Shown here: positions 1 to 8,548 of the stretch, piece by piece
Numbering within the stretch: the first letter of the stretch is position 1
How the letters are laid out: each line of letters starts with the position of its first letter
NCBI GenBank assembly: GCA_040374235.1
Contig: JBEIUS010000001.1
Coordinates: 1-63,221 of the forward strand
Source: Leptolyngbya sp.
Lineage (GTDB): Bacteria > Cyanobacteriota > Cyanobacteriia > Phormidesmidales > Phormidesmidaceae
Reading direction: 5' to 3'
DNA length: 63,221 nucleotides
Notes under the pieces: generated by a model
What the model saw: the letters and a program-made list of their open reading frames with translations, nothing else
Told to the model about the DNA's origin: nothing
Database searches by the model: none
Translations under genes and position numbers: made by a program

Positions 1-122
1 GGGAGATCGGGCTTGCTGTGCGGTAGGCTGAGTTGCCTGGCCATATTGCCGATGGAGGTGAGCTGGTGCAATAGGGCCTGTGCCACGGTGGCCATTTTCC
101 TCTCCCCCTCTCCCCACCTGCC

Positions 123-1808
123 ATGACCAACACCTACCTACAAACCCTTGCCCCCAACTGGATCGAACCCCCATCCGGGGAGCCTGAATCCTGGCGTCGT
201 TTTTTTAGCTTTAGCACCGACCACAAGGTGATTGGCATTCAGTACCTTGTCACTGCCTTTATCTTCTTCCTGGTGGGGGGGTTCCTGGCCATGGTGATGC
301 GGGGGGAACTGATTACCCCCGAGGCAGATCTGGTGGATCGCACCGTGTACAATGCCCTGTTCACTATGCACGGCACGGTGATGCTATTCCTCTGGACCTT
401 TCCGGTGTTGAATGGTCTGACCAACTACCTGGTACCCCTGATGATTGGGGCTCGAGACATGGCCTTTCCCCGGTTGAATGCGGTGGCCTTTTGGTTAGTG
501 CCGGTGTTTGGGGTGATCCTGATGGCCAGTTTTTGGGTGCCGGGGGGGCCTTCCCAGTCGGGCTGGTGGGCCTACCCGCCGGTCAGTCTGCAAAACCCCA
601 CCGGCCATCTCATCAATGGCCAATCCCTCTGGTTGGTGGCGGTGGCCCTATCGGGGGTGTCCTCGATTATGGGGGCGGTGAATATTGTCACCACCATTGT
701 GCGCATGCGGGCCCCGGGCATGACCTTTTTCAGGATGCCGGTGTTTTGCTGGACGGTGATGGCGGCGCAGATTATTCAACTTTTTGGTCTGCCCGCCCTG
801 ACCGCCGGGGCGGTGATGCTGCTGCTGGACCTGACCGTGGGCACCAGCTTCTTTGACCCCGCCAAGGGGGGAGATCCGGTACTCTACCAGCACTTCTTCT
901 GGTTCTATTCCCACCCGGCGGTGTACGTGATCATCTTGCCCGCCTTTGGGGTATTTTCTGAACTGTTGCCGGTCTACGCCCGCAAGCCCCTGTTTGGCTA
1001 CCGGGTGGTGGCGGTGTCCTCCTTTATCATCACCGGCCTGAGTGGCATTGTCTGGGTACACCACATGTTTGCCAGTGGCACCCCCAGCTGGATGCGGATG
1101 CTGTTTATGGTTACCACCATGACCATCTCGGTGCCCACCGGCATCAAGGTGTTTGCCTGGGTGGCCACGGTCTGGGGCGGTAAACTGAAGCTCACCACCC
1201 CCATGCTGTTTGCCCTGGGGGGCATCATCATGTTTGTGTTTGCCGGCATCACCGGCATTATGCTGGCCTCCACCCCGGTGGATATCCACGTTAATAACAC
1301 CTACTTTGTGGTGGGGCACTTTCACTACGTGCTCTACGGCACCATGACCATGGCCATGTACGCTGCCCTTTACCACTGGTTTCCCAAAATGACCGGGCGG
1401 ATGTACTACGAGGGACTGGGGAAACTGCACTTTTTCCTCACCTTTGTGGGCACCAACCTCAACTTCCTGCCCATGCACCCCGCTGGGCTGATGGGGATGC
1501 CCCGTCGGGTGGCCTCCTATGACCCCGAGTTTGCCTTCTGGAATGTGCTGGCCAGCCTGGGGGCCTTTTTGCTAGGGGTCTCCACCCTGCCCTTCCTGCT
1601 CAACATGATTAGCTCCTGGATTCAGGGGGAAAGGGCCCCGGCCAACCCCTGGCGGGCGATTGGCTTGGAGTGGCTGGTGGCCTCCCCGCCCCCCCACGAA
1701 AACTTTGCGGTGATTCCCACCGTGGTGGCGGAGCCCTACGGCTATGGTAAAAACGAACCCCTGATTGCCCCCCCTACCCCCCCGGAGTTGGCCCATGAGC
1801 TCAGTTAA
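123..1808 (+). CDS. ctaD: Heme-copper oxidase subunit I (alternative respiratory terminal oxidase type, CtaDII-like)
   Basis: 561 aa multi-TM; STDHKVIG, MHGTVM, WFYSHPAVY, WVHHMF and VGHFHY metal-ligand motifs. Confidence 0.95.
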   Translation: MTNTYLQTLAPNWIEPPSGEPESWRRFFSFSTDHKVIGIQYLVTAFIFFLVGGFLAMVMRGELITPEADLVDRTVYNALFTMHGTVMLFLWTFPVLNGLTNYLVPLMIGARDMAFPRLNAVAFWLVPVFGVILMASFWVPGGPSQSGWWAYPPVSLQNPTGHLINGQSLWLVAVALSGVSSIMGAVNIVTTIVRMRAPGMTFFRMPVFCWTVMAAQIIQLFGLPALTAGAVMLLLDLTVGTSFFDPAKGGDPVLYQHFFWFYSHPAVYVIILPAFGVFSELLPVYARKPLFGYRVVAVSSFIITGLSGIVWVHHMFASGTPSWMRMLFMVTTMTISVPTGIKVFAWVATVWGGKLKLTTPMLFALGGIIMFVFAGITGIMLASTPVDIHVNNTYFVVGHFHYVLYGTMTMAMYAALYHWFPKMTGRMYYEGLGKLHFFLTFVGTNLNFLPMHPAGLMGMPRRVASYDPEFAFWNVLASLGAFLLGVSTLPFLLNMISSWIQGERAPANPWRAIGLEWLVASPPPHENFAVIPTVVAEPYGYGKNEPLIAPPTPPELAHELS

Positions 1809-2397
1809 CCTTGACCCACCGGTGCAGGATCTGACCCCGACTCACCCCCACGGGGATGAGGACCATAGGCTGTTTGGCTTTGTGGTCTTTTTGCTGTCGG
1901 AGAGTGTGATCTTCCTCAGCTTCTTTGTGGGCTACGTTGTCTACAAGACCACCGCCCTAGATTGGCTGCCCGCCGGGGTAGAGGGGCTGGAGGTGCGGGA
2001 GCCCCTGATTAATACCATTGTCCTGGTCTCTAGTAGTTTGGTGATTTACCTGGCGGAGCGATTTCTGCAGGCCAAAAATCTCTGGGGGTTTCGGGCCTGC
2101 TGGTTACTGACCATGGCCATGGGCAGTTTCTTTCTCTACGGTCAGGCGGTGGAGTGGCGGGGCCTTCCCTTTGGCTTTACCGATGGGCTGTTTGGCGGCA
2201 CCTTTTATCTGCTCACCGGCTTCCACGGTCTGCACGTCATGACCGGCGTGCTGCTGCAGGGAATTATGCTGGTCAAGTCCTTTATGCCGGGTAACTACGA
2301 TGGCGGCGAGGTGGGGGTGACCGCCACCTCTCTGTTCTGGCACTTTGTCGATGTGATCTGGATTATCCTGTTTATATTGATTTACCTCTGGCAGTAG
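1795..2397 (+). CDS. ctaE: Heme-copper oxidase subunit III (CtaEII-like)
   Basis: FLLSESVIF, TGFHGLHV and FWHFVDVIW motifs; ATG at 1795 overlaps the ctaD end. Confidence 0.93.
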   Translation: MSSVNLDPPVQDLTPTHPHGDEDHRLFGFVVFLLSESVIFLSFFVGYVVYKTTALDWLPAGVEGLEVREPLINTIVLVSSSLVIYLAERFLQAKNLWGFRACWLLTMAMGSFFLYGQAVEWRGLPFGFTDGLFGGTFYLLTGFHGLHVMTGVLLQGIMLVKSFMPGNYDGGEVGVTATSLFWHFVDVIWIILFILIYLWQ

Positions 2398-2411
2398 CAG
2401 ACTGAGCTGGC

Positions 2412-3308
2412 ATGACAACCTTTAATTCGCCCCAGGGCCTGAGTTTCCCCGGTCAGTATTGGCGCTGGCGCGACCAGGACATTCACTACGTAGTGGCGGG
2501 GGAGGGGGTGGGCGATCACCCCCCGCTCCTGCTGATCCACGGCTTTGGCGCCTCCACCGATCACTGGCGCAAAAATATGGTTGACCTGGCCCAGGACTTT
2601 CAGGTGTGGGCCATTGACCTGCTGGGCTTTGGCCGCTCCGCCAAACCCGACTGGGAGTACAGCGGTGGCCTCTGGCAGACCCAGCTGCAGGAGTTTATCG
2701 ACCAAAAAATTGGCCGCCCCACGGTGCTGGCGGGCAACTCCCTGGGGGGCTACAGCGCCCTTTGCACCGCCGCCAACCACCCCGAAACCGCCGCCGGCCT
2801 GGTGTTGCTCAACAGTGCTGGGCCCTTCTCAGAGCAGCAGCAGGCCCGGCGGGCCAACCCCCTGGGGCAACTGGTGCAAACTCTAATGCTGCAGCCCCTA
2901 CCCAGCTGGCTACTGTTCCAGTATGTGCGCCAGCCGGCCATCATTCGCCGCACCCTGGAGCAGGTCTACCTGGACAAAGGCGCCGTCACCGATCAGCTGG
3001 TGGCGGACATTCGCCGCCCCGCCGATGACCCCGGCGCCCCCCAGGTGTTTGCTTCGGTGTTTAAGTCCCCCCAGGGGGAGGCGGTGGACACCCTGCTGGC
3101 CAAACTGACCTGCCCCCTGCTCACCATCTGGGGGGAGGCCGATCCCTGGATGAACTGCCGTGACAAGGGGGCCCGCTTTCGCCAGCACTACCCCACCCTG
3201 CAGGAACACTACCTCCAGGCAGGGCACTGTCCCCACGATGAGGTGCCAGACCAGGTGGATGGGCTGTTGCGTCAGTGGTTATCTACCCATGTTAGTAAAC
3301 GTCCCTGA
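2412..3308 (+). CDS. Alpha/beta-fold hydrolase
   Basis: HGFGAS oxyanion motif, GNSLGG nucleophile elbow, AGHCPHDE catalytic His. Confidence 0.9.
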   Translation: MTTFNSPQGLSFPGQYWRWRDQDIHYVVAGEGVGDHPPLLLIHGFGASTDHWRKNMVDLAQDFQVWAIDLLGFGRSAKPDWEYSGGLWQTQLQEFIDQKIGRPTVLAGNSLGGYSALCTAANHPETAAGLVLLNSAGPFSEQQQARRANPLGQLVQTLMLQPLPSWLLFQYVRQPAIIRRTLEQVYLDKGAVTDQLVADIRRPADDPGAPQVFASVFKSPQGEAVDTLLAKLTCPLLTIWGEADPWMNCRDKGARFRQHYPTLQEHYLQAGHCPHDEVPDQVDGLLRQWLSTHVSKRP

Positions 3309-3403
3309 CGGATCACCGCCGCCGTTACCGGATTGGCCCCACCGGTTTTCCATGGGGCCATGATGGAAAGGGGATCCGTCTCAACGTTGCCTCTGTAGTT
3401 TTT

Positions 3404-4084
3404 ATGAAAATCCTGCTGGTGGATGACGAAGTGGAATTAACCGCTCCCCTCAGCCGCCTACTGCGGGGAGCAGGCCACCAGGTGGATGTGGCCGAGGATG
3501 GGGATGGCGGTCTAGCCATGGCCAGCACCGGTGCCTACGATCTACTGATCCTTGATTGGATGTTACCAGGGCTGAGTGGGGTGGAGGTCTGTGGGCGGCT
3601 GCGATCGCAGCACCTGGGGACGCCGGTGTTATTGCTCACCGCCAAGGACACCCTTGATGACCGGGTGACGGGCCTGGATGCGGGGGCCGATGACTACCTG
3701 GTTAAACCCTTTGAGCTACGGGAACTGCTGGCTCGGGTGCGGGCCCTGGGGCGGCGATCGCCCCAGGGCAGTAGCCCGTCGCCCCCCCAGCGGCTCGTCT
3801 TTGCCGACCTGGAGCTAGACCCCGACAACCGTCTGGCCTACCGCCGGGGCCAGGCCATTGACCTATCGGATAAGGAAACCAGCCTGCTGGCCTACCTGCT
3901 GCAGCACCCCCAACAGGTGCTCAGCCACGGACAAATTTATCAGGCCGTATGGGGGGATCAGGATAGGCCCAGTAGTAACGTGCTGGCGGCCCAGATGCGA
4001 CTATTGCGCCGCAAGGTAGAACCCAAGGGCAGCCCCGCCCTGATCCACACGGTCTACGGTAAGGGCTACCGCCTGGGGGAGTAA
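3404..4084 (+). CDS. OmpR-family response regulator (RppA-like), no adjacent kinase
   Basis: LLVDDE, LDWMLP and DDYLVKPF receiver motifs; IHTVYGKGY winged helix. Confidence 0.92.
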   Translation: MKILLVDDEVELTAPLSRLLRGAGHQVDVAEDGDGGLAMASTGAYDLLILDWMLPGLSGVEVCGRLRSQHLGTPVLLLTAKDTLDDRVTGLDAGADDYLVKPFELRELLARVRALGRRSPQGSSPSPPQRLVFADLELDPDNRLAYRRGQAIDLSDKETSLLAYLLQHPQQVLSHGQIYQAVWGDQDRPSSNVLAAQMRLLRRKVEPKGSPALIHTVYGKGYRLGE

Positions 4085-4094
4085 GCCCCGTTCG

Positions 4095-4127
4095 CCGATC
4101 AGCCCGCCCCGGCTTCAGTGGATACCC
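4095..4127 (-). repeat. Fragment of dispersed repeat family B (CACTTAAGCCGGGAC end)
   Basis: Reverse complement gggtatccactgaagccggggcgggctgatcgg matches the starts of the copies at 56491 and 59581. Confidence 0.75.
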
Positions 4128-4187
4128 TTTAAACCCGATAGAACCCTGGCCAGTTATACAATAAAGGTATGTTAGCGGGTACTGATT

Positions 4188-4565
4188 ATGACTCAGGTAA
4201 CGCCCACCGTCCAGTTCTACGAAGGTATCAACGAAAGCATTGACGATGTCAGTCTGCGCCGCCATCCCGCCACCGGCGATCGCAGCATTCTCCTGGTTTT
4301 TAGACAGTTGCGGGCGATTGAGGCCTTCCAGAGCTTTCGCAGTCAATTTGCCAAGGCCCTGAAGCTGGTGGATGAGGAGGGCACCATCACCATCGAACCC
4401 TCCGGCATCCGCTTTATCTTTGGCGGCCCCGATGGAGACGATCTGGAGCGGGTGGAATGCACCCTCACCCTCGATCGTCAGGACCACTGGGATCGGTTAA
4501 TGCGGTTTATGCACCGCTATGCCGACGCCAACGGCATGGCCTACGGTGAAGCCGCCTCGGGCTAA
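4188..4565 (+). CDS. psb28: Photosystem II assembly protein Psb28 (Psb28-2-like)
   Basis: VQFYEGINE, LVDEEGTI and WDRLMRFMHRYADANG motifs. Confidence 0.9.
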   Translation: MTQVTPTVQFYEGINESIDDVSLRRHPATGDRSILLVFRQLRAIEAFQSFRSQFAKALKLVDEEGTITIEPSGIRFIFGGPDGDDLERVECTLTLDRQDHWDRLMRFMHRYADANGMAYGEAASG

Positions 4566-4637
4566 GCCATTGCCCTGGGGGGCAGGGGTTGGTTTATGCT
4601 GGAACCAGACCGCAGTCCATCCCGAGGTAAGGTCCCC

Positions 4638-5561
4638 ATGAAAATCGTTATTACCGGTGCCACCGGCTTCGTCGGCACCCGTCTGGTGGAGTGTCTCCAG
4701 GCCGACGGCCACGACCTGGTGGTGTTAACCCGCCAGGCCAGCCACGGTCAGCAGGTGTTTCCGGTCGCCAGTTTTCCCAGGGTGGAGGTGGTGGAATATA
4801 CCCCCCTAGCGTTGGGCCCCTGGCAGGGGGTGCTGGCGGGCAGTGAAGGGGTGATCAACCTGGCCGGAGCCCCGATCTCAGAACGGTGGACCGCCACCCA
4901 TAAGCGAGCCATTCTCGACAGCCGCCACCTGGGCACGGAAACCCTGGTGCAGGCCCTGGCCCTGGCCGATCCCCGCCCCCGGGTGTGGATCAATGCCTCC
5001 GCCATCGGTTACTACGGCACCAGCGAAACCGCCAGCTTTGACGAAACCAGCCCCGCCGCCAGTGACTTTCTTTCCCAGGTTTGCCAGGGCTGGGAGGGGG
5101 CGGCCCTGGCGGTGAAGGACTACGGCCCTCGCCTGGTGATTTTGCGCCTGGGGATTGTGCTGGGCCGGGGTGGGGCGGTGGCCAAAATGCTGCCAGTGTT
5201 TCGCCTGTTTGCCGGGGGGCCAATCGGCAGCGGCCGCCAGTGGTTCTCCTGGATTCACCGCGAAGATGTGGTGAACTTGATCCGGCGAGCCCTCACCGAT
5301 GACCAAATCGAGGGGGTCTACAATGCGACAGCACCCCAACCGGTGCGCATGGCGGAGTTTTGTAAAACCCTGGGGCAGGTGCTCAACCGCCCCTCCTGGC
5401 TGCCGGTACCGGAGTTTGTGCTGGAAACCATGCTGGGGGATGGGGCCCAGGTGGTGTTGGAGGGGCAGCAGGTGCTACCCCAACGCCTCCAGGCCCTGGG
5501 CTTTGCCTACCAATATCCCGAGGTGAGGCAGGCCCTAGAGGAGGTGGTCTACGGTCAGTGA
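4638..5561 (+). CDS. TIGR01777-family NAD-dependent epimerase/oxidoreductase (ThyD-like)
   Basis: MKIVITGATGFVG Rossmann motif, NLAG, SAIGYYG, GSGRQWFSWIH. Confidence 0.9.
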   Translation: MKIVITGATGFVGTRLVECLQADGHDLVVLTRQASHGQQVFPVASFPRVEVVEYTPLALGPWQGVLAGSEGVINLAGAPISERWTATHKRAILDSRHLGTETLVQALALADPRPRVWINASAIGYYGTSETASFDETSPAASDFLSQVCQGWEGAALAVKDYGPRLVILRLGIVLGRGGAVAKMLPVFRLFAGGPIGSGRQWFSWIHREDVVNLIRRALTDDQIEGVYNATAPQPVRMAEFCKTLGQVLNRPSWLPVPEFVLETMLGDGAQVVLEGQQVLPQRLQALGFAYQYPEVRQALEEVVYGQ

Positions 5562-5656
5562 CGGGGGCGGCTGCCCTGGGGCCAACCCCTTTACAAAATG
5601 GCCATCCTTGCTCAGCATAGAAAAGGCCTTTTACCCTGGTTAGGAGCGCAGTTCGG

Positions 5657-6106
5657 ATGGAACGGACCTTTTTAATGATCAAACCCGATGGGGTGCAGCG
5701 GGGGCTGGTGAGTGAAATCATCGGTCGTTTTGAAACCAAGGGCTTTACCCTGGTGGGGCTGAAGCTGATGGCTGTGTCTCGAGAACTGGCGGAGCAGCAT
5801 TACGGCGTCCATCGCGATCGCCCCTTTTTCGCTGGCCTGGTGAACTTTATCACCTCCGGTCCGGTGGTGGCGATGGTGTGGGAAGGGGAGGGGGTGATCG
5901 CCTCCGCCCGCAAGATGATTGGCGCCACCAAACCCCTGGAGGCGGAGCCCGGCACCATTCGCGGGGACTTAGGGGTAACCGTCGGCCGCAATATCATCCA
6001 CGGTTCCGATGCCCCCGACACCGCCCAGGCGGAGATCGCCCTGTGGTTTAGCGAGGCGGAGTTGGTGGCCTGGCAACCCTGTAGCCAGCCCTGGATCTAC
6101 GAGTAA
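5657..6106 (+). CDS. ndk: Nucleoside diphosphate kinase
   Basis: [19 protein letters not shown] and RNIIHGSD; AGGAG RBS upstream. Confidence 0.97.
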   Translation: MERTFLMIKPDGVQRGLVSEIIGRFETKGFTLVGLKLMAVSRELAEQHYGVHRDRPFFAGLVNFITSGPVVAMVWEGEGVIASARKMIGATKPLEAEPGTIRGDLGVTVGRNIIHGSDAPDTAQAEIALWFSEAELVAWQPCSQPWIYE

Positions 6107-6185
6107 AGGGGTTGGGCCGGCTGTGGCTCATGCAACCTAGAGGTCTAGGGTGATTGCCTGACCCTGGACCTCTGTATTTTGACCC

Positions 6186-6920
6186 CTACAGCGCCTGTAG
6201 GTACTGGCGTCGCATCTGGCTAATGGCGTCCAGGGAAATCCCCTTGGGGCAAACCGCCTGGCACTCGCCGTGGTTAGAACAGTCACCAAAGCCCTCCACC
6301 GCCATCTGGTCAGTCATGGCCCGTACCCGCTGGCGGCGCTCCGGTTGGCCCGGGGGCAGGAGGGCCAGGTGGCTAATCTTAGCGGCGGTGAATAGGGAGG
6401 CGGAGCTGTTGGGGCAGGCGGCAACGCAGGCGCCACAGCCAATGCAGCTAGCGTAGTCAAAGGCCAGATCGGCATCGGCCTTGGCCACCGGTAGGGCGTT
6501 GGCCTCGGGGGCGGAGCCGGTTTTCAACGAAATATAGCCCCCCGCCATCATGATCCGGTCCAGGGGCGATCGCTCCACCACCAGGTCCTTAATCACCGGA
6601 AAGGCCCGGGCTCGCCAGGGTTCCACCGTAATTTGATCACCGGATTGGAAGTGCCGCAGGTAGAGCTGGCAGGTGCTGGTGCGGGGTAGGCCGCCGTGGG
6701 CCATGCCATTAATCATCACCCCGCAGGAGCCGCAGATTCCCTCCCGGCAGTCGTGGTCAAACTCCACCGGTTCCTGCCCCGCCTGGATCAATTGCTCATT
6801 CAGTACGTCCAGCAGTTCCAGGAAGGACATGTCAGCACTGGCCTGGGGAACGGTGTAGGTCTCAAAGCGTCCCCGGGTCTCCCGGGAGGATTGACGCCAG
6901 ATTTTCAGGTGGAGTTCCAT
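6186..6920 (-). CDS. sdhB: Succinate dehydrogenase/fumarate reductase iron-sulfur subunit
   Basis: CREGICGSC, CIGCGACVAACP and CSNHGECQAVCP Fe-S motifs. Confidence 0.92.
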   Translation of the reverse strand: MELHLKIWRQSSRETRGRFETYTVPQASADMSFLELLDVLNEQLIQAGQEPVEFDHDCREGICGSCGVMINGMAHGGLPRTSTCQLYLRHFQSGDQITVEPWRARAFPVIKDLVVERSPLDRIMMAGGYISLKTGSAPEANALPVAKADADLAFDYASCIGCGACVAACPNSSASLFTAAKISHLALLPPGQPERRQRVRAMTDQMAVEGFGDCSNHGECQAVCPKGISLDAISQMRRQYLQAL

Positions 6921-6956
6921 GGTCAAACCTTAGGGATGGGGCTAGGGGACCGGCGT

Positions 6957-7523
6957 TCAGGCCTGTCCCTGGAGCTGATCCAGGGTGGCCAGCACCTCCT
7001 GGCTGTGGATGGCGGGCTGGACCCCCAGGAAGCGGGCGGCCATGGTGCCATCGGGGGCGATGATGTAGGTATGGCGCAGGGACACCGCCCCCAGCCAGGA
7101 CCCGTAGGCCCTACTGACCCGACCGTTAGGGTCAGACAGCAGGGGAAACTCCAGGCCCTCGGCGTCACAAAACTCAGCATGGGAATCGACGCTGTCGGCG
7201 CTGATGCCGATCACCTGGGCCTGGTGATCGCGGTAGGCCTGGATATCCCGCTCAAAGCGCTGGGCCTCCAGGGTGCAACCGGAGGTAAAGTCTCGCGGGT
7301 AAAAGTACAGAACCACCCACTGGTCTTGGAAATCCCGCAGGGAGACCTGGCCGCGTCCACTATTGGTGGGTAGGGTAAAGTCAGGGGCGGGGCTACCCAG
7401 GGGAATTTGATTCCCCCCCAGGGCCAGGGCTGGCCAGGGGGATTGGCCCCAGATTAGCGCCATAGAGAGTAGGGCGATCACCACCACCACCCCCCGTCGA
7501 GCCATCGCTATGATTATTTTCAC
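6957..7523 (-). CDS. Peroxiredoxin Q/BCP with N-terminal signal or membrane anchor
   Basis: YFYPRDFTSGCTLEA peroxidatic motif; hydrophobic N-terminus. Confidence 0.9.
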   Translation of the reverse strand: MKIIIAMARRGVVVVIALLSMALIWGQSPWPALALGGNQIPLGSPAPDFTLPTNSGRGQVSLRDFQDQWVVLYFYPRDFTSGCTLEAQRFERDIQAYRDHQAQVIGISADSVDSHAEFCDAEGLEFPLLSDPNGRVSRAYGSWLGAVSLRHTYIIAPDGTMAARFLGVQPAIHSQEVLATLDQLQGQA

Positions 7524-7618
7524 GGTTTAGTCCTAATTCATCTATCCGACCGACCCTGTTCATCTACTATAGCCCTGGCCCGTAGCTAGCTGCCACAGTC
7601 CCTTGACTACGGGCGGGG

Positions 7619-8548
7619 CTACCGATCCAGGGTGGCCAGGGTTAGGGGCGGAAGCTGGGCGGCTAAGCTCTCTGGGGTTTGGGGATGGACCCGTAAAATG
7701 TACACCGCCTGCTCCGGTAGGGGGGCGGTGGTGTGGCTGGGGGTGGCGATCGGATACCAATCTAGGGGAAAGCAATCCCGGCTGTAAAGACTGAAATAGA
7801 GGCGATGGGTCTTGAGTACCTCAGCCGGAACCTCCAGGGCCAGCCGTTCCCCCCGATCTAGGGCACCGTAGAAAAAGTGAGTTTCCGGGTTGGGTACGGG
7901 TAGGAACACCTGCTTTACCCAGGGCTGGGGTAACCCCTGACCCCAACGTAGCAGGGGGTAAACGTAGAAGTTGAGGGCACCATAGAGCCAGCCCCGGCGC
8001 GCCGGCAGTTGACGGTAAAACTGGTTAAAGTCCGGTGGGGCGGCTAGGGTTTTGGCGGCGAGCGCCGGGGTGCCATCCACGGCGATCGCCGGTAGCTGCA
8101 CCGGGTCTTGCCAGTTGTAGTGGCGTACCCCCACCAGATAGCGTCCAGGGGGTAGGGGAATGGTCACCTCCCCCTGGGTCGGGGGGAGGGCCAGGGAGCC
8201 AACGCTGGTCACCGTGCGGTAGCCCTGCAGGGTATAGACCACCGCCGTCCAACTGGGGGCCGACTGCCACAGAGCCTGGGGGTCTAGGGTCAACTCCCGA
8301 TGGACGGTGAAGGGGCCAGCGATGGCGATCAGGGCGTGCAGATTCCAGCGGGCCCGACTCATTACCCAGAGCAGCTTTAGGGGCGATCGTAAAAAGTCCC
8401 CATCGGTCACCTGCCATTGGGGTAGGGCCTGACGATCGTTGGGGTTGTAGTAACGACTGACCAGGGTCAGGGTGCCCTTCACCAGGCGCGAAAAGCCAAA
8501 GGAGAGTAACCCTAGGGGCAACTCCCAGAGCAGGGGTAGGTTAGACAT
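7619..8548 (-). CDS. DUF6208-like protein of unknown function, coupled to the olefin synthase
   Basis: 309 aa; WELPLGLLSF, RWNLHALIA and FLPVPNPET resemble proteins I recall next to cyanobacterial ols genes; start overlaps the PKS stop by 8 bp. Confidence 0.72.
   Translation of the reverse strand: MSNLPLLWELPLGLLSFGFSRLVKGTLTLVSRYYNPNDRQALPQWQVTDGDFLRSPLKLLWVMSRARWNLHALIAIAGPFTVHRELTLDPQALWQSAPSWTAVVYTLQGYRTVTSVGSLALPPTQGEVTIPLPPGRYLVGVRHYNWQDPVQLPAIAVDGTPALAAKTLAAPPDFNQFYRQLPARRGWLYGALNFYVYPLLRWGQGLPQPWVKQVFLPVPNPETHFFYGALDRGERLALEVPAEVLKTHRLYFSLYSRDCFPLDWYPIATPSHTTAPLPEQAVYILRVHPQTPESLAAQLPPLTLATLDR

Noticed and set aside
648-1478. Long antisense/alternate-frame ORFs (also 9123-9974, 34797-35606, 46219-47088 and others)
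   Set aside because: Shadow ORFs of GC-rich coding genes with no family motifs
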